From: the human T2T-CHM13v2.0 reference genome, Homo sapiens
Length of the DNA: 64,000 nt
Assembly (NCBI RefSeq): GCF_009914755.1
Contig: NC_060927.1
Strand: one strand, 5' to 3'
A program made the translations under genes and the position numbers. The notes under the pieces were generated by a model. That model saw only the letters and a program-made list of their open reading frames with translations. It searched no databases and was not told the DNA's origin. This document shows, piece by piece, positions 1 to 12,965 of this stretch. Each line of letters begins with the position of its first letter. Positions within the stretch are counted from its first letter, which is position 1.

Positions 1-756
1 TGGAGTCCCATATAGTCTAGAAAAGAGTTCACATGCGCTTTCCCCCTACAAAGCTTAACCCAGATACAGAGAGTACTCTGGAATCCCAAAGAGGATAACA
101 AAATCAGGGCCAGGGTGTTGGAAAGTGTTTCTTCCTTAGTGAGGAGAGAAGCAGCCTACCTTGCTCCTTCTGACAATCAGATGAACCTGGTGCTATGAAG
201 ACCATCCCAGAGCACCCTCAGAGGGAGGGGTAACACTAAACAGAGACACAAACAGACGGATCCAAGGCAGATGGAGCACTCTGAACTGGTCCCTGAAAGG
301 GGAAACTGGATAAAATCCTGAAGTCTTGTCTGAAACCCAGAAGGCACCGCAAAAGGATCTCCTGTACTAGGTCCAGATGGCACAAAGGCCCATATGGCAC
401 CACAGTTGACCTGTGCTAGGTCCAGATGGCACAAAGTCCCAAAAGGAAGAGACAGAGGAGCCCCATTCACACTCCAGTCGACTTACCTAGTCCAAGTGCC
501 TCGGCTTCCCAAATGCCACTTTCCTTGCACCAGCAAAGCATTGTGGGCAGTTGATGCTGTGATGGGGATGGGAGGGAAATCCTAGGGGCAGAAGTGTCCT
601 TGGCATCTGCTGGGAGGTCCCTGAAGTCCCCAGCCATGGAGTCAGCTAGCTGTGAATTGCTGGCACTTTTGAGCAGCTGTTGCCTCCTCCAGTAGAAACC
701 AGGCGGACAGTCTAGGCTACATGAAACACACAGCTCCTCACATGGGGCACCAAATT
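1..756 (-). mobile_element. ERV1 (MER4-group-like) internal leader, continuing beyond window start
   Basis: Lies directly downstream (minus strand) of an LTR end and a PBS; contains a duplicated TAGGTCCAGATGGCACAAAG (~368-387, ~417-436). Confidence 0.6.
735..752 (-). promoter_or_regulatory. Retroviral primer-binding site, tRNA-Met(elongator) type
   Basis: Minus strand TGGTGCCCCATGTGAGGA vs complement of tRNA-Met 3' end TGGTGCCCCGTGTGAGGA (17/18, CpG decay), just after the LTR end ...TACA. Confidence 0.8.
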
Positions 757-1317
757 TGTAATTGACTCAAGTTCAGTTGCTCACCACTTGGAAGTCAAAG
801 CAGGAGAAGTGAGGTGTGGTAAAAGGAAAGCAGCATTTATTCAAATGTTAGCAGATGGGAGTATGGCTGGGCTTGAGCCTCAAAGGAACTATCTCAACTT
901 TTGGACTGAGGGAAGTGGTTTAAGAAGGAAAACTTGGTATGGAAAATGTGCGGGAGTGGTGCAGGAGGGTACAGGTCTATGTGTCTTTTTCTAATGGTTG
1001 AGTAATCACCCATATGGAGGTCCAGTGGGCATCATCTTGATTTGGGCCTGGTGAGGTGGTGGACTAATTGTAACTTCTCCTAAGCAGGAGGATTCCACAG
1101 CTGAATCTCTGCATCTGCTTTGTTTCAAAATTAGCTCCTGGAATTTCTAAGCAAGCACATAATTAGAGAAGCAAGCACTGTGCATGGGAATGCCTGGTGG
1201 GAAAGGGAAGGAAACAAAGAGTTTTAAACTATATTTCAGGCCATATTCTGAGATTAGGAAGGAAAGGTGGGGAAAACCCCTTTAAAATGCATTTCAAGGC
1301 TGGGGTACAAGATTACA
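757..1317 (-). mobile_element. 5' LTR, MER4-group ERV1 (LTR23/24/51-like)
   Basis: TG...CA termini (TGTAATC.../...ATTACA), start TGTAATCTTGTACCCCAGCCTTGAAATGCATTTTAAA, AATAAA near 3' end, adjacent PBS. Subfamily uncertain. Confidence 0.65.
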
Positions 1318-1324
1318 GAGAGAC

Positions 1325-1687
<363 letters not shown>

Positions 1688-2123
1688 TTAAAAATAGAAT
1701 TCCATATGTCTCTCCAAACCCAACTGAAGATTACTACACATTTATAATTTATTTATAGTAAAGAATGATTATAAAAGAGTGTAATTTTTGTTTAAAAAAT
1801 CAAATCACACCAAATAAAAACCCAGAATATACATGTGTAGAAAGGCTTATAGAGCTTTGGTAATCAGCTTGGTTTTTCTGGGTCCTGGGATTGTAGGAGT
1901 TTTACTTCTTTCCCTCTCTCCTTTCCTTCCCTCCCTCCCTTCCCTTTTATTTTATTTTTTTTCTAGTTTTCCTTAGACTAAAAAATGAATTGTTTGTCTA
2001 ATTTAAAAATTAATACATGCTTAAATACTCTCACATTTTTTTTTGTAAGAAATCCAATGTTCCTGATATTTCTTTCTTTACTCCATATACGCATTTGTTA
2101 GTCTTCAAACAGTTTGCTGGTAA

Positions 2124-2430
2124 ACTGGTCACGGTAGCTCACACCTGTAATCCCAGCACTTTGGGAGGCTGAGAAGCAGGAGGATCACTTGAGCTTAGGA
2201 GTTTGAGAACAGTATTTCCAACATAGTGAAGCCCCATCTCTACTGAAAATACAAAAATTAGCTGGTCATGGTGGCACATGCCTGTAATCCCGGCTGCTCA
2301 GGAGGCTGAGGCATGAGACTTGCTTGAACCCAGGAGGTGGGGCTGCAGTGAGCCAAGATTGTGCCACTGCACTCCAGCCTAGATGACAGAGCAAGACTCT
2401 GTCTCAGAAAACAAAATAAAACAAAACAAA
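2124..2430 (+). mobile_element. Old Alu (AluJ/S)
   Basis: Dimeric Alu with CpG decay and A-rich tail. Confidence 0.9.
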
Positions 2431-2440
2431 GAACACCTGA

Positions 2441-4491
2441 TGTCAGGTCCAGGGCCATGATTCTGCCAAATGTCACACTCAGGGTTAAGGTCCAGCCCAT
2501 GCTGAGGTCCAAGGGAAGTGGGTGGATGGGCAGATAGCTGAAAGAACATTCAGAGGGCCATAGGCAGGTGAGATGTAGTTTTATTCAGCAGCTCTCTCAT
2601 CAGCAGCTTACTCACACTGTCCATCTTTATCTTGGCTGTCTGCTCTGGCTATGTGGCTCCTCTCAGCAGCCTGCTCCCATGCATGGCTGCATAGCTGGCC
2701 TGCAAGGCCAACTCTCCCTTACAGTGTTAGCAGCTTAACTCTTTCCCTCTAGGCACAAGCCAGTTCCTGGCTTCCCCCTGCCTGCCTTCAAGATAACCAG
2801 CTCTCCCTTACATACAGCTCTGCAGCAATACTGTGAAAGTCCATCGCCACCCTTCCACGAAGGCAAGCTGTTCCTGGCTCTCGGTAGACTGTCCCAGTTC
2901 CGTTGTCAAGTGGTCTGGCAAGTCCGTGACAGATGATACAGCTGCCAAACTGTGCAAAACATCCACCCCCCCCCTCAGAATGTTTTCAAGCATGGGAGAG
3001 GCATACATAATGCACAAGTGGAGAGCCAAACGACTGATGCCAAGATACAGAGACACAGGTTTTAGTTTCACTGACCAGCTTTCATAGCTATCTATGCAGC
3101 CTTGCCTGAAAACTTACCCAGGTGCAGGGACTGGTGGATTGCCAAGTCCACATGTGGCTCTGGTCGTCCGGTGACCCTAGAAGCTGGGCATCTTGGTCAG
3201 TCTCTTATCAAACAGAAAAGGCTTTACACTTCTCTCTGACTGCAGCTGGCAATCTGTGAACTGGAACACTCGAGCAGGACTGGATTGAGCAGTAATGTCC
3301 TTCTCCCGAATGACTTGCGCTAAGTCTGTATGTGACTGCCAACATTACTTGCTTGACTCCCGCAACTTAGAGGGGACAGAGGCACCATAGGAAATGTGTT
3401 CCACTGTGATAGGGGGTCCCTGCATTCACCCTTGGGGCCCAACAGCTGTTCATGCTCTGTTTTCTGGTGGATCACTGGGTAAACCTGCAGCAAAGGTTCT
3501 TTCTCCTTCCTGCACTGTGTCCCGCAAGGACTGGACATGCACTTCCCACAGCACAGTCATGAATGCCCATCTGACTCTGCCAGCAAAGGCATGCTTTTCC
3601 TCAGTGCTGTGCACTTCCAGGTGCTTCAGTGCCTTCTCCACACTCATGGGAGACCCGTCCACTTCCTCCTACGTTTCCACTGGGGCCCATCCAAGCAGCA
3701 CCACTGCCGCTGGGTGCCACAGCCCATGCTGCGGCCACAAAGCTGACCCGGGAGCCTTTGCGGGCTGAAGACCCATTCACCTCATCCTGCCAACTATGCC
3801 AATTGTCAGGTCCAGGGCCATGACTACACCAAATGTCATACTCAGCATAGGGTCTAGGTCTGAGGTCTGAGGGAAGTGGGTGGATGGGCAGATAGCTGAA
3901 AGAAGCCTTGTGGGGCCGTAGGCAGGTGAAATGTAGTTTTATTCAGCAGCTCTTTCATCAGCAGCTTACCCACACTGTCTATCTTTATCTTGGTTGTCTG
4001 CTCCAGCTCTGCGGCTCCTCTCAGCAGCTGGCTCCCATGCACAGCTGCACGGTTGGCCTGCAAGGCCAACTCTCCCTTACAGTGTTAGCAGCTTAACTCA
4101 TTCCCTCTGGGCACAAGCCGGTTCCTGGCTTCCCCCTGCCTGCCTTCAAGGCAACTGGCTCTCCCTTAGTGGTCAGTAGCATTACTCTCTCTCTCTGGAC
4201 ACCAGCGGTGTGCCATGTTGAGCCATGCTGAACGCTGGCTCCCCTCTGTTTGTCTGCAAGATGGATAGCTCTGGTTCTCTCCATCTTTCTCTGGGTACCA
4301 GTGTGCCCTTACAGCTTCAGCAGGGCAGTTATACCTTCTACAGACAATAGTGGCTCAGAGCCAAGTATGAACTTAAACAGGTTATATAACAAGTGGAGGT
4401 GTGTGCCTGCACACCATTCCCACTGAGTCACTGTGGCCTGGATGTCCGCCTCAGCCTATTCCTTGACTAAAGCACATCTATGTACCTTACA
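2441..4491 (-). mobile_element. HERVL18/HERV-S (LTR18B) provirus relic, internally deleted
   Basis: 5' LTR 3804-4491 begins TGTAAGGTACATAGATGTGCTTTAGTCAAGGAATAGG; homologous U3-truncated 3' LTR at 2441-~2810; gag-like (ORF 3450-3662), protease/RT-like (ORF 2808-3071, QEQLAF..WTFTVL) remnants; 5-bp TSD CCTGA/CCTGT. Confidence 0.85.
3784..3801 (-). promoter_or_regulatory. Primer-binding site, tRNA-Ser type
   Basis: TGGCATAGTTGGCAGGAT vs Ser PBS TGGCGTAGTCGGCAGGAT (two CpG transitions), 2 nt after LTR end TGACA. Confidence 0.85.
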
Positions 4492-5369
4492 CCTGTCTGG
4501 TGAGTTTAAGTGTAATATTACATCACCTGGAGTGTTTTCTCCCATCTTCACTCTATAAAACCATATACTCTTCCTTTTTAATAAATGTTGCTCAAAAGAC
4601 TTTCTAAAGAAATCTTTCCAGATGAATCACACGTGCTGTATTTTTGTGTGTGTGTGTGTGTGTGCTTTCCTGATATAATTGGTGTCATTTCACTTTGTTT
4701 CATGTGTCTATACTATTTTCTGTGCACTTTCTGATCTCAGAAACTGGATAGTTGTAAATTTTCTGAGGTCAAGAACCACAGCTCCTCTTTCCTTGGTTTC
4801 TGACTCTTCTTGCCATTATGATGCCCAAAATTTATAATGACCAGTGGATAAATCTGATTGGAAAAGAGCCAGCCTGGTAAATTTTTGAGAGGTGGGATCA
4901 TTTCACACACCTGCCGTGGTTTAGATTTGCTTTGAGGGTGAAACATGAACTCTAAGCTGAATTTTAAAAATGAATCCAGCCAGTAAGATCACAGAATCCT
5001 AACAAGCACATCTTGGTTAGACTCACCTTGAACCCTTTCAATGTGGATGATTTTTTAATATGGTCATTACGTATTAAGTGACCATTGAGGCAAATCTGAG
5101 CCTAAATTGGTATTTCTATATGGAAACAGGATGTGGATATTTGACTTGCCACAAATTTCTTATTTTTGTACCCTCCTTCCTAAAGTGCTGACTGCCTTCA
5201 TGTGGCTTGGAATTAAACCACCAACTCCCTGGACATTGCTTCACACAATGGGTCCCAACCATGGATCGGACATATTTCTTCATAATGACAAAGAATTCAC
5301 TCTCCACCAATCCTTACACTTCTCTACTAATCTTATTTGCCATTTACATCTGTGACTTTTTCATACTTC

Positions 5370-5890
5370 TCTAGCAGACACCTTTTATGTCTATTTCAGC
5401 TCCTGTCTCCGGTTGCAGGGGCTGCAGTGGTGACTGGCTATGCATGGGCTGGAACCAACCTCACCATCAGACAGCACCTAGCTTCCTGCCTGTGCCTCAG
5501 ACCTCTTGCCTTCTGTCCTGGGGCTTCCCTGTTGATGTTGAGACACAGGAAGCTGGGGAGCCCCACTTAGTGCCCACATACATGCCCAGAAGTACAGGGC
5601 AAGCAACACCCAGAGTGGGTCTTATAGACAGGAGCTGATGGGGAAGTTCCTTCTCTTCTGGATGAATTGTCCTGAGGCAGATTGTAAATGGCTTACAGCC
5701 ATTTACAATGACTGTAGAGGAGTATCCTAAGGTGGAGCTGTCAGGTGCACTCCCCCTGACTGCTGGGGTATTAGGTTACAGAGAGACATACCCCTTGAGG
5801 CATATTTCTGAATTTCTGTGGGACACCCATGTAGTTGATACAGTTTCAGGTGTACCCTGCCACTGCCTCTCTCTCCTTCCTCACTTCACT
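5370..5890 (+). mobile_element. Ancient ERVL LTR (LTR16/LTR33-like)
   Basis: Degenerate similarity to LTR16-type motifs (CACATACATGCCCAGAAGTACAGGG, GACAGGAGCTGATGG); boundaries approximate. Confidence 0.45.
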
Positions 5891-7899
5891 CCACTGTTCA
5901 CTTCTTCTCCACAGAGTTGCTCTCCCTATTAAAGGAGAAATACATAAGTCTTTGCCTCTCAGATTCCACTTTCTGTATCATATCCTGTTTCCTCAAATCC
6001 CATTTCCTATCCATCAGCAACAGAAATCCATTCTCCTCTGAGTTATTACTGTGAAAAAGGAGAGGTGGACAATAGCCATCCACAAGAGTACATTTTCCCG
6101 CCTTTCTCTGAAGGAGGTTTTAACTTCTGCAGAGACTTAGAGGTACAGGACATTTTCAGAAAGCCATTCAACCACAGATTTCAATTTAGATTTCACTGAT
6201 CCTATGCTAGCATGTAGAGAGAATTATTAAAGTCTGCAGTTCAGTAGTTCCTGCTCTTGCCTCTGTCACAAAGGAGCTAGTCATTGGCATGGGGGAGTGG
6301 GACAGAGAGGCGGAGCCACAGGTGTCAGACATTCCTCATGGCTTTCAGGAGTTGGAGACATGGCTCCCTAGAGTCAACTTGATGTTAGGAGAAATGTCCT
6401 CCTCCCCCACCTCATTCCCACAAAAAATTCCCCTTCAGAAGCCAAACAAGAAAAATCAGCACAAAAGTCACCTTCACTGAAAAATCCCAACTTTGAATAA
6501 TAGTCAGGGGAAATGTTCTCTATACCTGTTGACCAATCTTGTTTTTGCTTTTTACGTTTTAAATTGTAAAAGCACAACGTTAAAGAAATTTGAGAAACAG
6601 ATAAAAGATCAGCTACAGTCACACTCACCTGATGCAGTTCCAGGGACTTGCTGGAAGCAGCTGGGGTCGGTGACCTTCATGTGCTGTCTGCATCTGTCTG
6701 AGGATCTTGTCTGTGATTGTGTTTCTCTTCCCCATTCTACTGAACCTGGTGACATTCAAGCTATCACCTTCCTGAGCCCCGGGGTCTGTGCACAGCAGAA
6801 CCCCAGACCTGCCATTCTCTAGTGAGCCTTGAGTGGAACAGGCCCTGGACACAGGCAAGAGAATGGTCTGGATTCAAGGGCAGGGTCCACTCGCCCTAAC
6901 GGGGAAAACCTCTGGCTCTGGGAGCAACCCCCTTCCTGCCATTGGGAGGAACTTGAATGTTTTTGATATTTTATATATATGCTTAGGCTTTACTTTTTAA
7001 AAATTACTGTAGCAAATAATCATAAATAAGAAACTCATCCATAATACCACCATCCAGTGATAAGCATTCTTAATACTTGAATATAGTTTTTTCCATATAT
7101 ACATATAAAATGTTCTCTGTGTATCATGTAATTACTCGAGTAACCAAAACTCCCTTGTTAGCAATAACCCCAGTCTTTCCCTCTTGAATTATGTTCTACA
7201 AGATGCCCCTCACCTCCTATATTTGTTGAAAAACTCCAGGGGCTTACTTGAATTAGAGTGGTTTGGTCCTGCTTTTATATGCCAAGCCGGAGCAGCACCA
7301 GAACTAGGGTTGTTCCTTTACTATCCATTGCTTGTTGTTGCATCTCAGTGTTGCTCTTGAAGACCACTCTGCTATGGAACGCATGACTTTGGTGCCCTCT
7401 GAAGTATTACAGAGGTGCTTCATGCTTCGGCTTCGAGTTTACAGTCATAGATTCCCAAAACATGAAATGACTGAGGCATGGCACAGCAGGGACATCTGTA
7501 GCCCCTCGCAAATCCTCAAGGACTTAGTGTTGTCTGTGCCAGAGCAAGACCTTAGAGTAATTTTATGTTGTGACCTCGCTGTGAGTTGAACCAGCTCCAG
7601 AACACCACTGCCTCAAGTGGCCAGATGTGACAGAGGTCTGCTCTGAGGGGACCTTAGGTCTTTGCCTACAAGGGAAATGCTGAAAGCATTTTCTAAGTAA
7701 GTAAATAAACTACACCACACTATGTACTTAAAAACTGGATCATACTGAACAGTATATTTTCTAAATGTTAGTAATATAAAGCTTCTGATATCAAGATTTT
7801 GTAGTTATCAAACACCTTTGAAAGCTGAATTGATTCTTTTGTGTTTAAATATTAGGTAAACAAAAACCAAAAGTACTGTGCCCATCACTTACAGCACCT

Positions 7900-8216
7900 C
7901 CTTCCCAACCCCATCATCTCTGCCCTTCCTTCCCTCCCTCCATTTCCCCCTCCTTGCTTCCTTCCTTCCTTCTGTCCTCCTTTCCTTCCTTCCTTCCTTC
8001 CTCCCGTCCTTCCTTCCTTCCTCCTGTCTGTCCTTCCTTCCTCCTGTCTGTCCTTCCTTCCTTCCTTCCTTTCTTCCTTCCTTCCTCCCTCCGTCCCATC
8101 CGTCCTTCCTTCCTTCCTTCTATCCGTCCTTCCCTCCATCCTTCCTTCCGTCCGTGCTTCCTTCCTTCCGTCCTTCTGTCCTTCCTTCCTTCTTTCCCTC
8201 CCTCCCTTCCTTCCTT
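7900..8216. repeat. (CCTT)n-derived polypyrimidine/polypurine tract
   Basis: ~310 bp of degenerate TTCC/GTCC units; source of the overlapping low-complexity ORFs. Confidence 0.95.
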
Positions 8217-8749
8217 TGCAGCTGCTGGGAAAATTGAGATACTGAGGAGCCAAATCCTGTGTGCAGGCAGCACCAGACTCCATTCCCAGATCCCCAAGAC
8301 TTGGGTTTTATTTGTTTAAAGCTGTGCAATATTTCAATGGAGAACTTCTTGTTGTGTACTAAGCATTTAGACCAGCTGTTGTAATCAGTATCTGTAGTTT
8401 GTTTCCTTTAGGGATTTCAGTTATAAAATATGATACACATTTGCTTTAATATCAAAATTGACAGTTTTGTCTCAATGGACTAGGGACTTAAAAAAAAACA
8501 AATACTAAGTTATACTATAATCAACCCTCCACCTTTTTCAGTGGTTATTTTGAAAGATGATTGTTGGTACCAAGCTACTGTTTCCCCATATCTCAGTAAG
8601 GCCCCTAGCACAGAGAGAACCTCCTTCTGGGCACCTCCTTGCCATCACATTTCCTTTTCTTCTGAGAATTTTGGCATGGCCATGTAAACACATGTGGTGG
8701 TGAGATATAATTTAGTCAAAATTGAGGAAGCTTATAGGATCTAGGTATT

Positions 8750-8917
8750 ATTAAACATATTTTTATTCAGTGCTTACAAAGTGCTAGGCACTGTATTTAG
8801 CACTGAGATTTATCAGTGAAAAAAACAGACAAAATTCCTGCCCTCAAGGAGCTTATATCTTAGTGAAGAGGGACAATGAATGAACAAATGAATGAATAAA
8901 TGAATGAATGAACGAAT
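8750..8917 (+). mobile_element. L2 3' fragment followed by (AATG)n
   Basis: TTTATTCAGTGCTTAC...GTGCTAGGCACTG...CCTGCCCTCAAGGAGCTTATATCTTAGTG, typical L2 end; orientation label uncertain. Confidence 0.6.
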
Positions 8918-9319
8918 GTGATACAAGCAAGGGCCAAAGGCCTGCTGTTGCAGCATTCAGTTTTTCCTTGAGGAAACCAGAGAGCCCTGGAGTCTTTCAG
9001 AAAGCCTCTAAAACTGTTATTCTGCCTCAGACTCTTGAAAGGTGCCGTTTGGGGTCAGAGAGATGGCAGAATAGTGTTTGCCTTTGAAGTTACCCCTCCT
9101 GTCATCCCTCAAGACTCAGACTGAGTGGTTTGGGAACTTTGGCAACATCCTGATGATCTAAGGACCCTTAGAAAAGGCGGGCTGGCTTCTCCCAGCCCTC
9201 CCTTCCTCTCACCCTGCTGCTTTAGGCCTGTGAGCTGTATAACTCACACTAATGTAACATACAGGTGACAGCAGAGGGAAGGATGGAAGGAGCCCTGGAT
9301 GGAACCAGAACTCCCAGCT

Positions 9320-9460
9320 TTGTACTTTCGTAGATACGACTTCAGGCAGCTTGTTTACCTTCTCTGAATCTCTTTCCTTACTAGAAAACAGGCTACTAAA
9401 TCCACCTTGAGGATCACTGTAAAGCTTACAGTAGCTGATACGTGGAAAAACACGTTGCAA
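9320..9460 (+). mobile_element. MIR fragment
   Basis: MIR core-like GCTTGTTTACCTTCTCTGAATCTCTTTCCTTACTAGAAAA. Confidence 0.5.
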
Positions 9461-10794
9461 ATCTAATGCACATTTAAATGCAATTGATTTAACGTTATTT
9501 TGATTATGAGCTAAAAAATATAGTGATGGAGGTGAGTCAGTTGGGAAATTTGTCATGTGATTTCTTTGGGATTCTTTCTTTGGCTATGTAAATTTCCATT
9601 ACAATATTAGATACTGAAGCTGTTTTCAAGTGGGGTTTTAAATCAGTCATTAAAGAAGCATGTAAAGTACCTGACGCTAGTATGAGACTTTCTATGTTTA
9701 AGTCTTAACCTCCTCTGTCGTAGCAGAGGGATCCGGGGATTTTACTTAATATTAAGGTTTCAGTGAGTGCTTGCCAGTTTTTGGTTGCTGAAAGGAGGGG
9801 ATGAAGGCTCCCAGGGTGTCGTGGGGCTCAGGTTGAGGTGGGATGAGCAGATGACAGAAGTGTTCAGGTGCAGGAGCACTGGGAGAAAGACTGCCTCAGT
9901 CAGTATGGACAGTGGCCTTTTTTTACAAGGCTGAACCTCTCTGATATCTTGCATTAAATTCCATTTTGTGAAATTTAAAAGAAAAGCCACTTCCTGCAGT
10001 TCTAAACTGCACACACAAGGTATATGACGTTGTAACTTAATAGTAAACTTAATTTTCAGTGATTATTTGCCTGTTAACACAATTCTACTATCATTTTATA
10101 GGCAGCCTTGTTGGATCACATTAAAAATATTTAATCTCTAAAAACTTCAAATTTATGGCAAGGTATTTGCATATATAGGATAATACCTTTTGAAATTTGA
10201 TAATTAGAAAATCTTTACTGCTACAGAGATGAACATAAGGAGGAAAGATAAAGCAATTGGCAGAGCATGGACCTAAACTAACATTAGGAAACACTATCTG
10301 TACTTAGATAGTATGTCTTTCATGTGTGTAGACATATTATGCTTAAAAATATATGCCATATTCTCATCATTGGAAACACTGGTTATTTTACCAAGGCCTT
10401 AACTGGAATAATATATTATTTTCAAAATTGTCTTAAGAAAATGAGGCTGACTTATAGAGCCAATAAAATCCCCTTGGAAAAACTGGCCCCATACTTTGTC
10501 CTTTATAGAATCCTAACTTGTGGTAAGTAAAGAACGTCATGGACAGGCCTAGGAACCCCAAGTTTTTTTTTGGGACCTTGAAAAGAGGAATACACCCAGT
10601 TCACACAGGTATCTGCAGGCACAGATAAATCCTTGGCTGGGCTTGAAGCTTTTATGAAGGTCTAATCTTGGATTCCTTATGAAAAAGTTTCCAGCAAAGC
10701 CAATTTTTTTTTTAAAGAGCATATATGGCAAATGATTATTCTTGTTGCATTTATGCAATAATCAAGCCAAGTATAATAGGATTAAACTAAAACT

Positions 10795-10962
10795 TTTCTT
10801 TTTTAATTGTTTCTTCTTCTTCTTACTCTTCCTCTTCCTCTTCTTCCTCTTCTTTTACTTTTTTAATAGAGATGGGGTTTTGCCTGGAACTCACTCATGT
10901 GATCCAGCCACCTCAGCTTCCCAAAGTGCTGGGATTAAAGGTGTGAACCACTGTGCCCAGCC
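10795..10962 (-). mobile_element. Alu monomer/fragment with (TTC)n tail
   Basis: Left-arm Alu sequence; ACTAAAACTT on both sides. Confidence 0.75.
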
Positions 10963-12375
10963 CTAGGACTAAAACTTATTCTACAAACAAATTGGTCCTA
11001 CTATGATTTTTAATAAAATTTTAATAAAATTGGAGAATTGGAGAGAGAAAAATAATGTTTCAAAATAAACTATAATACATCTGTTATTAGAGTCTAGCCT
11101 TGTATAATGTTTTTCAATTTTTATTATTTTCCTCTTTTTGTTTTATTTAACTTTGTTTTATATGCAGGTTTGCTACATAGATAAACTTGTTTATCTAAGT
11201 GCAGGTTTGCTACATGTGCAGGTTTGCTACACGTGCAGGTTTGCTACATAGATAAACTTCTGTCACGGGGGTTTGTTGTACAGATTATTTTGTCACTTGG
11301 GTATTAAGCCTAGTACCCATAAGTTATTTTTCCTGATGCTCTCTTCCTCCCATCATCCACCCTCAAGAGGCCCCAGTGTGTGTTGCTTCCCTCTATGTGT
11401 CCATGTGTTTTCATCATTTAGCTCCCACTTATAAGTGAGAACATGTGGTATTTGGTTTTCTGTACCCGCATTGGTTTGCTAAGGATAACGGCCTCCAGCT
11501 CCAACCATGTTCCTGCAAAGGACATAATCTCATTCTTTTTTATGGCTGTGCAGTATTCTATGGTGCACATGTACCACATTTTCTTTATCCAGTCTACCAG
11601 TGATGAGCATTTAGGTTCATTTCATTGATGAGCATTAGTTAGATTGCTATTGTGAATAGTGCTGCAATGAACATACATACGCATGTGTCTTTATAAAATA
11701 ATGATTTATATTCCTTTAGGTATATACCCAGTACTGGGATTGCTGGGTTGAATGGTATTTCTGTTTTTAGGTCTTTGAGGAATCATCACACTGCTTTTTA
11801 CAATGGTTGAACTAACTTACACTCTCACCAACAGTGTATAAGTGTTCCCTTTTCTCTGCAACCTCTCCAGCATCTGCTATTTTTTGACTTGTTAATAATA
11901 GCCATTCTGACTGGTGTAAGATGGTATCTCATTGTGGTTTTGATTTGCATTTCTCCAGTGATCAGTGATGTTGAGCTTTTTGTCATATGCTTGTTGACTG
12001 CATGTATGTCTTCTTTTGAAAAGCGTATGTTCATGTCCTTTGCCCATTTTTTAATGGAGTTGTTTTATTCTTGTATATTTGTATAAATTCCTTATAGATG
12101 CTGGATATTAGACCTTTGTCAGATGCACAGTTTGCAAAAAGTTTCCCCCATTCTGTAGGTTGTCTGTTCACTCTGTTGATAGTTTCTTTTGCTGTGCAGA
12201 AGCTCTTTAGTTTAATTAAATCCCATCTGTCAATTCTTGCTTTTGTAGCAATTGCTTTTGGTGTCTTCACCATGAAATCTTTGTCTGTTCCTATGTCCAA
12301 AATGGTATTGTCTATGTATCTTCCAGAGTTTTTATAATTTGGGGTTTTTACATTTAAGTCTTTAATCCATCTTCA

Positions 12376-12477
<102 letters not shown>

Positions 12478-12913
12478 TTATTGCTCTTTTTTGTCAGGTT
12501 TGTCAAAGATCAGATAGTTGTAGGTGTGTGGCATTATTTCTGGGCTGTTTTGTACCAGTACCATGCTGTTTTGTTTACTGTAGCCCTGTAGTATATTTTG
12601 AAGTCAGGTGGTGTGATGCTGCCAGCTTTGTTCTTTTTGCTTAGGATTGCCTTGGCTATTTGGGCTCTTTTTTGGTTCCCTGTGAATTTTAAAATAGTTT
12701 TTTCTAGTTCCATGAAGAACGTCAATGGTAGTTTAATAAAAATAGCATTGAATCTATAAATTGTTTTAGGTAGTATAGCCATTTTAACAATATTGATTCT
12801 TCCTATCCATGAGCATGGAATGTTTTTGCATTTGTTTTTGTCATCTCAGATTTCTCTGAGTGGCATTTTGTAGCTCTCCTTGTAGAGATCTTTTACCTCT
12901 CTGGTTAGCTGCA

Positions 12914-12917
<4 letters not shown>

Positions 12918-12962
<45 letters not shown>
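12918..12962. repeat. (TG)n microsatellite inside L1
   Basis: ~22 GT units. Confidence 0.95.

Positions 12963-12965
<3 letters not shown>

Noticed and set aside
735-752. tRNA genes at the tRNA-matching 18-mers (also 3784, 28454, 31875)
   Set aside because: Only the 3' 18 nt match, next to LTR ends; these are primer-binding sites.
7878-8329. Five overlapping ORFs of 69-132 aa
   Set aside because: Translations of the (CCTT)n tract; low complexity, no stops by composition.
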